From Candidatus Aminicenantes bacterium (GTDB taxonomy: Bacteria > Acidobacteriota > Aminicenantia > Aminicenantales > UBA4085), in the NCBI GenBank assembly GCA_963848835.1, contig CAWKFB010000017.1, positions 89,647 to 153,646 of the forward strand: a stretch of 64,000 nucleotides of DNA, read 5' to 3'. The position numbers and the translations under genes are program-made. Below, piece by piece: positions 48,562 to 56,485 of the stretch. Every line of letters begins with the position of its first letter. Positions within the stretch are counted from its first letter, which is position 1. The notes beneath the pieces are model-generated. The model was not told where the DNA came from. It did no database searches and worked only from the letters and a program-made list of their open reading frames with translations.

Positions 48562-50916
48562 TCACTTCAAGGTGACGGCGAGATAGACCGACGACCGGCC
48601 GTACGTCTCGTAGAAAGGCTTCAAGGCCGCGTCCCCGGCGCTGAAGCGCAGGATCCCGGGATCGCCGGTGATGGACCGGCCGATATCGCGGATATCCAGG
48701 GTTACGGGACGCCAGTCGGTCCGCGGACCGGACTCTTCGGCCGCCAACAGGACGGGACCGTAGAAGACGCTGGCGAGGTTGGGCCGGTCCATGACGGGAT
48801 CCAGGGAGAAACCGAGCGGCATGCGGATCTCGATCACGTCCTTGTCGCGCCAATTCTTGCCCAGGGTGAGGTAAGTGCCGGGCACGGCCCGGACCGCCTG
48901 GCGCTTTCCGTTGATCGAGACGAAATAGCCGCGGGTGGCCCAGCGCGGCACCCGGACCTTGAGCTCGAACCGTCCGCCGCCTTCGATCTCGAGCCGCGCG
49001 GCGTCGGCATACGGAAAATCGGTTCTCTGCCGGACGACGAGCTTCCGCTCGGGCCAGCTCAACGTGGACGGGATGAAAAGGTTGACGTAGAGGGACTGCC
49101 CGTCCGCGCCCCGGAAGTAGATGGTGTCCTGGAGCTTGGTGTTGCTCTCGAGCGCGGTGCCGTTGCAGCAGCTGAACCCGCCCATGTTGGCGTTGCCGAA
49201 CTGCTTCTGGGCCCCGGGATTGAGCGGAACGTGGTAGGTATTGCCCGGGTCGCTCTCGGCCACGGAGGCCAGGATGTGGTTGTAGAGTCCCCTCTCGTAA
49301 TGGTCCATGAATCCGGCGTCCGGATCGAACAGAAAGAGCTGGCGGTCGAGCTTGAGGAGATTGTAGGTCGCGCACGTCTCGTTCTGCCCGCCCGGATTGA
49401 AGCCGTTCTCGAAGAGCGTATCGGGCTCGGCGGTGAAGCACTCGGCGTTGTTCGGGGTGCGGGCGCCGGCGACGCCGCCGATGCTGTACATGTAGCTCCC
49501 GGTCACGATGTTCCAGAAATTGTCGGCGATCCGGTAATAGGGGAGCTCCCGGGTGTCCCGGTAGGTCTCGAGCGCTCCGATGATCTGAGGGATGTGCTGG
49601 TTGGCGTGCTTGCCCCGGATCGTGTCGACGTTCTTGGCCAGGCCGTGGCCGCGCTCCGCGTCGCCGAAGAAGAAGCTGATGTTGTCGAAGAGCTTCGCCG
49701 TCTCGAGGAAGGGCTTTTCCCCGGTCAGCCGGGAGAGGCGGGCCAGGACTTCGTTCATCCCGCCGTACTCCCCGGCGATGTACCGGTTCCACATGCTGAT
49801 GCGCGTCTCGGTCGGCAGGACCTTGAGCCGGGCGTGAACCCAGCCGGCCATGTCCCTGGCGATCTCGAGCGCCTTGACGTTGCCGCCGACCTCATAGCAA
49901 TCGAGCAGCCCGGCGAGGATCTTGTGGAGGGTGTAATACGGGGCCCAGATCTGGCTGTCCTGGGTCCCGTAAGTCGCGCCCTGTTCGAGCATGATGAACT
50001 GGTCGGGAGGATAAGCGCTGATGAACCCAAGCCCCCAATTCCAATAATCCGTCCGGATGGCCTCGGCCCGGAGGTTCGAGTCGTAACCGGCCCGGCCCGG
50101 GCCGGGAGGCACCGCGGTCGGGTCGGGGTTCGAGGGTCCCCCCTCCTGCGCCGGACGGCCCGATTTCCGGGAGAGGTCGTAAAGCGTGTCGATGAGATAG
50201 TTCATCTTGCGGAGGAACTCGGCCCGGAGGGCCTCATCGTGGGTCGTTCCGGCGTAAGCCTGGGCGATGGCGGACAGATAATGCCCGGTCGCGTGGCCGC
50301 GGAGTCGGGTCGTTTGGTTGTCCCAGCCGCCGAGCGGCTTGACGCCCTCGGGCTGTTTTTGCCCGAAAGCGTCCCGGAAATTGTAGAGGAAGCGGTCGGG
50401 GTCGGTGGCCGCCAGGCCGCGGAGGAACTTGTCGCGGTTCTTGATGAACGGCGTGTCCCGTCCCTGGGTGTCCCGGTCCAGGACGACCTGGCCGAGCGGG
50501 AAGGGCTCGACCTGTCGGACCGGAGCGAGCGGGGTTTTCGAGGCCGCCTTGACGGTCACAACCGCCTTGGGTTCGAAGGCCGTGCCCGGGACCTTTCCGG
50601 TGACGGTGAAGGAGCCCGGGGAAAGCGCCTGGGCGTTGTCCTTGGGGGACGGCCAAACGACCCGGACTTCCGGGCCTTGGACGCCCCCTTCATAAGCGGC
50701 CGGGATGGTCCGCGGCAGCCGGGGGAGCTCGCCGACGACCGTTTCCGCTTTTATGTCGGGAACGCCGACCAACGGGACGGCGGTGTACAGCATGGGGTCG
50801 ATCGCCGGCGGCGGGGCGGGGGCCCGGCGGGCCTGACCCTGCCCGAGCCCCGGCGCGGGCGGGAGGGCGGCGAACATCACGGCGGCCAGAAGGATGAACA
50901 CTTTTGTTTTCGACAT
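48562..50916 (-). CDS. GH127/GH146-like (DUF1680) glycoside hydrolase, secreted
   Basis: This is ORF 48562..51222 trimmed to ATG 50916 (MSKTKVFILLAAVMFAALPPAPG). Family blocks are RLRGHATGHYLSAIAQAY, ETCATYNLLKL and FSCCNGTALES (Cys cluster as in beta-L-arabinofuranosidases). Confidence 0.8.
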   Translation of the reverse strand: MSKTKVFILLAAVMFAALPPAPGLGQGQARRAPAPPPAIDPMLYTAVPLVGVPDIKAETVVGELPRLPRTIPAAYEGGVQGPEVRVVWPSPKDNAQALSPGSFTVTGKVPGTAFEPKAVVTVKAASKTPLAPVRQVEPFPLGQVVLDRDTQGRDTPFIKNRDKFLRGLAATDPDRFLYNFRDAFGQKQPEGVKPLGGWDNQTTRLRGHATGHYLSAIAQAYAGTTHDEALRAEFLRKMNYLIDTLYDLSRKSGRPAQEGGPSNPDPTAVPPGPGRAGYDSNLRAEAIRTDYWNWGLGFISAYPPDQFIMLEQGATYGTQDSQIWAPYYTLHKILAGLLDCYEVGGNVKALEIARDMAGWVHARLKVLPTETRISMWNRYIAGEYGGMNEVLARLSRLTGEKPFLETAKLFDNISFFFGDAERGHGLAKNVDTIRGKHANQHIPQIIGALETYRDTRELPYYRIADNFWNIVTGSYMYSIGGVAGARTPNNAECFTAEPDTLFENGFNPGGQNETCATYNLLKLDRQLFLFDPDAGFMDHYERGLYNHILASVAESDPGNTYHVPLNPGAQKQFGNANMGGFSCCNGTALESNTKLQDTIYFRGADGQSLYVNLFIPSTLSWPERKLVVRQRTDFPYADAARLEIEGGGRFELKVRVPRWATRGYFVSINGKRQAVRAVPGTYLTLGKNWRDKDVIEIRMPLGFSLDPVMDRPNLASVFYGPVLLAAEESGPRTDWRPVTLDIRDIGRSITGDPGILRFSAGDAALKPFYETYGRSSVYLAVTLK

Positions 50917-51004
50917 GGCGGGTGACCTCTTTGATTTCAACGCGTCGCGACCCGAATTAATAGCACATCGGGCCGCCGCCGTCCACGCCGGACCGAAGCG
51001 GCGC

Positions 51005-52132
51005 TCAGTCGCGGGCGAGGCGGAAGCCCAGGACGTCGAAATGATGGTAGTGGATGCTGCGGAACGGCGCGCGGAGGCAGACCGTCTCGTGCGTCCACGA
51101 GCCGCCCCGGACGATGTGATGAAACTCGTACAATCCATATGTTTCATCGCAGTCCGAGCTTCCCTTGGGATCGACCGCCGGCTCCGGTGAATAGGGAGCG
51201 TAGCATTCCCGGACCCACTCATACACGTTCCCGATCATGTCGTAGAGGCCGAACGCATTCGGCGCCTTGCCGCCGACCTCGTGGGTCGTGCCGCCGCAAT
51301 TCGCCGGATACCAGGCGATCGCATCCAGATCTCCATACCGGTCGCCCGTCGTCCCCGCCCGGCAGGCATACTCCCACTCCGCCTCGGTCGGCAGCCGGTA
51401 GCGCTTTCCCGTCATGTCGTTGAGGTTGTCGATATAGATCTGGACGGCCTGCCAGGTCACGTTTTCGACGGGGAGCCGCGAGCCCTTGAACATGGACGGA
51501 TTCGAGCCCATGACGGAGATCCACTCCGCCTGCGTCACCTCGTATTTTCCGATCTCGAAGCTCGAGAGGGTCACCTGATGAACAGGCTTTTCATCATCCA
51601 GGGCCTCGCTCGATTCGGAGCCCATCATGAACATCCCGCCTGGAATGCGGACCATCGCGGGTTCCTTGACTAAATACGGGCTCAAGGTCGCGGCGACCTC
51701 GGCGATCCGCCCCGCCTCGACCGTGACGGACTGCTCGTACTCGTCATATCCCGAAAGCCTCAAAGTGAGCGTGTGGAGTCCCGTGGGAATGTTGATGAGG
51801 GTCGTATCCGAGGCCGCGCCGGTGTCCTTGCCGTTCAGCAAGATCCCGGCTCCGGGCGGAGCGGACGTGACGCGGATGCTTCCCGTCGGCGTGTTTGGCT
51901 GAGTCGCGTCATCCTTTTTCTTCAAAAGGAGGATGGCGACGACGACCCCGGCGGCGACGATCCCGCCCACGAGGAGCCAGGGGAACGGCTTCTTCTCGAT
52001 TTCGGCCGTCGATTTCGATTTGCCGGCCAGAGCGACGGGCTTGCTTGCGGATTGGCCGAAGACGAGGACGCCCGCGGCCGCCAAGGCGACAATCAGGAGT
52101 GCGGCAATGGTCCGCTTCGGGAGGAACATCAT
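51005..52132 (-). CDS. Membrane-anchored protein with a PEGA domain and a formylglycine-generating-enzyme-like (SUMF1/FGE-sulfatase) domain
   Basis: 375-aa ORF with two N-terminal hydrophobic segments. It has a PEGA-like block (GSIRVTSAPPGAGILLNGKDTG) and FGE-family blocks (YRLPTEAEWEYACRAGT, GNVYEWV, RGGSW). Confidence 0.8.
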   Translation of the reverse strand: MMFLPKRTIAALLIVALAAAGVLVFGQSASKPVALAGKSKSTAEIEKKPFPWLLVGGIVAAGVVVAILLLKKKDDATQPNTPTGSIRVTSAPPGAGILLNGKDTGAASDTTLINIPTGLHTLTLRLSGYDEYEQSVTVEAGRIAEVAATLSPYLVKEPAMVRIPGGMFMMGSESSEALDDEKPVHQVTLSSFEIGKYEVTQAEWISVMGSNPSMFKGSRLPVENVTWQAVQIYIDNLNDMTGKRYRLPTEAEWEYACRAGTTGDRYGDLDAIAWYPANCGGTTHEVGGKAPNAFGLYDMIGNVYEWVRECYAPYSPEPAVDPKGSSDCDETYGLYEFHHIVRGGSWTHETVCLRAPFRSIHYHHFDVLGFRLARD

Positions 52133-52304
52133 TTAGCGGACGTGCAAAGAACGGGCCAGGATTTCGACGCCGTTTGCCCCTGAAATGGGAACGCCGGCGG
52201 CAGGATCATAAAGAATCCTTACATATTGGCACAGGTATGGTAAATTCCTTTTCCGCCCGATACAATGCCCCCCTGTGAATAACCATTCGGGCCAGGGAGG
52301 CGTC

Positions 52305-53675
52305 ATGAACAATCCCAGTCGGAGCCCTATCGTACTCGCGGCCTTAGCCGTCGGGACTGCTATCCTCCTTTTACTTTCCCCCTTGGCCGCGGAGAAACCC
52401 GAAGACGTTCCCAACCCGCTGGCCTCGGCAGGCATTTACGTGGGCGACAACGCCTCGATCCTGGGGGCCGAATACGTTTCCCTGATCGACGGGGTCTGCC
52501 GGCGCCTTAAAGACGCCACCACGGTCGAAATGGCGGTCATCACCATCCGGAACCTCGGCGGAACCACGGTCGAGGACTTCGCCGAACGGCTGTTCAAACG
52601 ATTCGGCATCGGCGTCAAGGGCAAGGACAACGGCGTTCTGATCCTCTGCGCCGTCGAGGACCGGGCCGTCCGGATCGAGGTCGGATACGGCCTCGAGCCG
52701 GTCCTCCCGGACGCCCTCGCGAGCCGGATTCTGGACGAGGAAGGCGTCCCTTTCCTTGCCAAAAACGATTTCGGGAGGGGTCTCTTCGCGGTGGCCAAGG
52801 CGACGGCGGCGAAAATCGCCGCCGCCGGGGGGACCGCCTTCGAGACGAGCGACCCCGCCGCGTGGCCCGCCCAGCCGATCATGGCCCGGCCCGAAGCGCA
52901 AGAAACGGGACCGGAGGCCGACCCGGCCGTCAAGAGATCGGCCGCGGGACCGCTGATTCTCGCCGGCTTGGCCGCTCTCTGGGGAATGCTCGGCATGGGG
53001 AGCGTCTACGGAAAATACCGGAAAACTCGCGGCAAAGCCCCCCGAGCCAAGGCTATCTCTCGAGCCAACGGCGTGGCGGCTCTCCTCTGGACGGGTTCCG
53101 CCGCCGGAGCAGCCGGCTTGGCCGCCGCTCGAAGTCCGTTCGGCGCCACGATTCTATCCCTCCTCTCGCCCGCCGGGGTCACGGTCGGGCTGGGGTACTT
53201 CCGCCGCATGCTCCGCCGCCGGCTGGAAACCTACCGCCTCCCCTGCTCGCAGTGCGGCGCGGCCATGGACCTGACTCCGGAAGATCAGGATGATGCCCTG
53301 CTCGCCGTCGAGGAAGCGGCGGAAGAGAAGGCCGGAGGGATGGACTATGAGGTCTGGACCTGTCCGTCCTGCCGGTTCCAGGAGCGGCTCTCAGTCAAGC
53401 TCCCAGGCGCCGCCGCATGCCCCAAGTGCCATCGCCGGACGCTGAAGGAGACCAAGACCACCATGGTCGCCGCCACGACCAGCCACGGCGGAAGGGTTCG
53501 GGAGGACCGAAATTGCCTGAACCCGAATTGCGGCTTCAGCGATACCCGCGAGCACGACACGCCCCGACTGGCCTCTCCGAGCACCTCGTCGGGGACCGGC
53601 GGGCATTCCAGCGGCTCACGCTCGTCGTTCGGAGGCGGCCGCTCGGGCGGGGGCGGCGCCTCGCGGCGCTTCTGA
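52305..53675 (+). CDS. TPM-domain (YgcG-like) membrane protein with C-terminal zinc-ribbon motifs and a Gly/Ser-rich tail
   Basis: ATG 52305 is preceded by GGGAGG. It has a signal peptide, then TPM blocks (EMAVITIRNLGGTTVEDFAERLF, NGVLILCAVEDRAVRIEVGYG) and TM helices. CSQCG, CPSC, CPKC and CLNPNC follow, and the tail reads GGGRSGGGGASRRF. Confidence 0.75.
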   Translation: MNNPSRSPIVLAALAVGTAILLLLSPLAAEKPEDVPNPLASAGIYVGDNASILGAEYVSLIDGVCRRLKDATTVEMAVITIRNLGGTTVEDFAERLFKRFGIGVKGKDNGVLILCAVEDRAVRIEVGYGLEPVLPDALASRILDEEGVPFLAKNDFGRGLFAVAKATAAKIAAAGGTAFETSDPAAWPAQPIMARPEAQETGPEADPAVKRSAAGPLILAGLAALWGMLGMGSVYGKYRKTRGKAPRAKAISRANGVAALLWTGSAAGAAGLAAARSPFGATILSLLSPAGVTVGLGYFRRMLRRRLETYRLPCSQCGAAMDLTPEDQDDALLAVEEAAEEKAGGMDYEVWTCPSCRFQERLSVKLPGAAACPKCHRRTLKETKTTMVAATTSHGGRVREDRNCLNPNCGFSDTREHDTPRLASPSTSSGTGGHSSGSRSSFGGGRSGGGGASRRF

Positions 53676-53709
53676 CGATCAGGGAGCGCGCCGCGGCGGC
53701 CGCTCCGCA

Positions 53710-54828
53710 TCAAATCAGGACGAGGCCGTCCTCGGCCCGGCAGAGTTTTTCCACCCTGAGGCCGATGAGGCGGATGCGCTTGCGCTTCGGATTCTCGCGC
53801 GAATCGAGGAACGGGAGGAGGAGGCTCAACCCGGCGGCGAAGAGGTCCAGGACCGAAGCCAGGGGGACCTTGGCCGTCCGGGACCGCGATTTCGTCTCGA
53901 AGTCCGCGAACCGGACGGTCAGGACGACCGTCCGGAAGGAATCGAACCCGGACTCGCGGAGCCGCTCGAACACGCTCCCGGCCATCTCCTTGAGCCGCGA
54001 AGCGAGGAGCTCGGCTTCGATCGTGTCCTCGAGGAACGTCTCCTGCTCCCCGATCGACTTGACATCCCCCGACTCCTCGACCGGATCATCGTCGCGGCCG
54101 CGGGCCATTTCGTCGACGCCCTCGCCCCACTTCCCGAAGATCTCACGGAGCTTCTCCGGGTTCAAAGTCTTGAGCTGACGGACCGTCCGGACCCCCATCC
54201 GGTTGAGTGCCTGCTCCGTCTTGGGGCCGATCCCGGGAAGCTTCCTGACAGAAAGCGGTTCGAGGAACGCCTCGGCTTCCTCTTCGAGGATGACGGTCAG
54301 CCCATCAGGCTTCCGGACGTCGGAGGCGATCTTGGCGATGAGCTTGTTCGGGCCGATGCCGATCGAGGCGGTCAAGGCTTCTTTCTCCCGTATCTCGCCC
54401 TTGAGCGAGCGGGCGAGCTCCTCGGCCTCAGGATAGGAGCCCGTAAAGCCGAGGTCCATATACATCTCGTCGAGGCCGGCCCGTTCGATGACCGGGACGC
54501 GCGCTTGGACGAGGCCCACGATCGCGCGCGAGGCGCGGACATATTTCTCGAAGTCCGGGGCGACGAAGACGACGGGAGGAAGGCCGCGGCGGCGGGCCTG
54601 CTCGGACAATCCCCAGGCCCAGGAGATCGGCAGGGCGGAATGGAGCCCGTAGGCCCGGGCTTTGTAGTTGGCCGTGGCCACGACGCCCCGCCCCTGCCCG
54701 CCGCGCGGATCGGCGCCGACGGCGATCGGCTTGCCGCGAAGGCGGGGATTGTCCCGCTCCTCGACCGCGGCAAAGAAGGCGTCCATGTCGAGATGGGCGA
54801 TGATCCTCATGAAAAACAAGAATGACAT
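53710..54828 (-). CDS. dinB: DNA polymerase IV (Y-family translesion polymerase)
   Basis: 372-aa ORF. Motifs are IAHLDMDAFFAAVE, TASIGIGPNKLIAKIAS and LPGIGPKT. GGAG lies upstream of ATG 54828. The alternative start ATG 54810 (MRIIAHLD) fits homologs better. Confidence 0.9.
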   Translation of the reverse strand: MSFLFFMRIIAHLDMDAFFAAVEERDNPRLRGKPIAVGADPRGGQGRGVVATANYKARAYGLHSALPISWAWGLSEQARRRGLPPVVFVAPDFEKYVRASRAIVGLVQARVPVIERAGLDEMYMDLGFTGSYPEAEELARSLKGEIREKEALTASIGIGPNKLIAKIASDVRKPDGLTVILEEEAEAFLEPLSVRKLPGIGPKTEQALNRMGVRTVRQLKTLNPEKLREIFGKWGEGVDEMARGRDDDPVEESGDVKSIGEQETFLEDTIEAELLASRLKEMAGSVFERLRESGFDSFRTVVLTVRFADFETKSRSRTAKVPLASVLDLFAAGLSLLLPFLDSRENPKRKRIRLIGLRVEKLCRAEDGLVLI

Positions 54829-54931
54829 GACTTCTCCAGCGTGTAAAGCCGGTAACCTTTTTCCCTCTGTCGGTGTATTATGGATGAAGGGTTCGGCATG
54901 CCCTTATCGTTCGCACGGAGGAGACAGGAGA

Positions 54932-56440
54932 ATGAAAAAAGCGCTGCTCGTCCTCGCGATCCTCGCCTTCGCGGTCTCGGCCTCGGCCCAGAGCTGGTTC
55001 AAGGGCTCCCTCGACGAGGCCGTCGCCCAGGCCAAGACGGAGAAGAAGCTCGTCCTTCTCGATTTCTACTCAGGGGGTTGAGGGGCCTGCAAACTGCTGG
55101 GTCAGCAGTTCTACTCCGCTCCCAAGTTCCAGGATTTCCTCGGCCGGAACTTCGTTATGTTCCGGGCCGACAGCGATGAGGCGGCCGGGACCGCCGTTTT
55201 CACCAAGTTCAAGATCAACGCCACGCCGACCGTAATGTTTCTCGACGGGAACGGCGACGAGGTCGATTGGACCGTCGGCTACGGCCCCCCTCCGGAGAAA
55301 TTCCAGGACAAGCTGGCCAAGATCGTGGCCGGAGGCGAGACGTTCAAGGACCTGAGCGCGGCCCGGGCCAAGAGCCCCAAGGACGCGGCGGTCGCCTTCA
55401 AGCTGGCCCGCAAATGGGCCGACCGCTTCGACAACGAAAAGACGATGGCCCTTTACAAGGAGGTCATCGCCCTCGATCCCGGCGGCCGGGCCGGGAGCTA
55501 CACGAACGACCGGACGAAGGTGACGGTCCCCTACACCGAGTTCGCCGCCCTGCAGGTCGCGGCCCAGGGACTCTCGGCGAACCCGCCGACCGTCAAGCCC
55601 GTCCGCGATTTCCTGGCCAAGTACCCGGAAAGCCCTCTCACCAAGGACGCCTACGGGCGCATGTCCGAATACTACGGCCGGACGGCTCCCAAGGAGGAAG
55701 CCGGGCCGTTCTTCGAGGAGTACGCGGCCCGGTTTCCCGAGGACCCGGCCATCATCGAACAGTGGCTGGCGCGCATCATCCGCGACAAAGGCCCCTACGA
55801 AAAAGGCGTCGAGCTCTCCGAAAAGATCCAGAAAGCGCGACGCGGACCGTCGCTCCCCGACCCCTACCAGAACGTGGCCGAGCTCTACCTGGCTAAAGGC
55901 GACAAGGAGAAAGCCGACGAGGTCTACGGCAAGAGCTTCATGGAAAACCAAGTGTATTACCTGGCTTACAACCTGATCAACTACGCCAATTTCTGGGCCG
56001 GAAAGGACGCCAACAAGGAAAGCGCCCTGGCCATGGCCGAGAAGGCCCTGGCGATGCAGCCGGACAACTCCTATTTCCAGCAGCTGGTGGCCGGAGTCTA
56101 CCTCAAGCTGGGACTCGAGGACAAAGCCATGGGCCTCTTCGGCCCCGCCTATGCGGCCAAGAATAACGGCGATCCGGACGCCCTGTCGAGCTATGCTTCC
56201 TTCTGGAGCGGCCAGGGGAAGAATCTCGAGGGGGCGCAGGCTGCGGCCCGGAGGGCTGTCGAGCTCAAGCCGGCTCAATATTACGGCTGGGTGACCCTGA
56301 GCGGCGTCCTGGCGAAGACGAAGAATCCGGCCGAGGCCGTCAAAGCCATGGAGAAGGCCGTCGAGCTCGCGCCCGAGTCCATCAAGGAATACTACAAGAA
56401 GTCGCTGGAAAAGCTGAAAGCGGAAGCCGGAAAGAAATAG
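54932..56440 (+). CDS. Secreted thioredoxin-fold + TPR protein with in-frame UGA (55079-55081) read as selenocysteine; UxxC redox motif
   Basis: ORF 54668..55081 (from ATG 54932, with GGAG upstream) and ORF 55157..56440 are in the same frame. The only interruption between them is TGA 55079. Read-through gives MKKALLVLAILAFAVSASA...KKLVLLDFYSGG-U-GACKLLGQQF...ATPTVMFLDGNGDEV. The UGA sits at the first Cys position of the WCxxC motif. Confidence 0.7.
55092..55110 (+). promoter_or_regulatory. Candidate bacterial SECIS hairpin
   Basis: AACUGCUG (55092-55099), GGU (55100-55102), CAGCAGUU (55103-55110). This is a perfect 8-bp stem that begins at the 11th nt after the UGA and has a G-containing apical loop. 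Confidence 0.6.
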
Positions 56441-56463
56441 GGAGGCCGGACCTGCCGGCCTCC
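56441..56463. terminator. Perfect 9-bp GC hairpin between convergent genes; likely bidirectional terminator
   Basis: GGAGGCCGG, ACCTG, CCGGCCTCC lie immediately after the TAG of 54932..56440 and 23 nt from the stop of the tricorn gene. There is no clear U-tract. Confidence 0.45.
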
Positions 56464-56485
56464 CTCTCGAAGCGTCCTGAACGGT

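Noticed and set aside
52227-52241. A sigma54-like element, TGGCAC-N5-TGGT, upstream of the TPM-domain gene.
   Set aside because: The -12 element lacks the conserved GC (TGGT instead of TTGC). No enhancer-binding-protein gene is nearby. The same bases fit a sigma70 TTACAT-16-TAAATT arrangement about equally weakly, so I make no call.
54932-56440. Reading 54932..55081 and 55157..56440 as two independent genes, or as a frameshifted pseudogene.
   Set aside because: The two parts are in the same frame with only one TGA between them, so there is no frameshift. The first part alone would be a 49-aa fragment ending one residue before the redox motif. The second ORF's ATG has no ribosome-binding site and begins mid-domain. 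The TGA aligns to the CxxC Cys and is followed by a SECIS-like hairpin.
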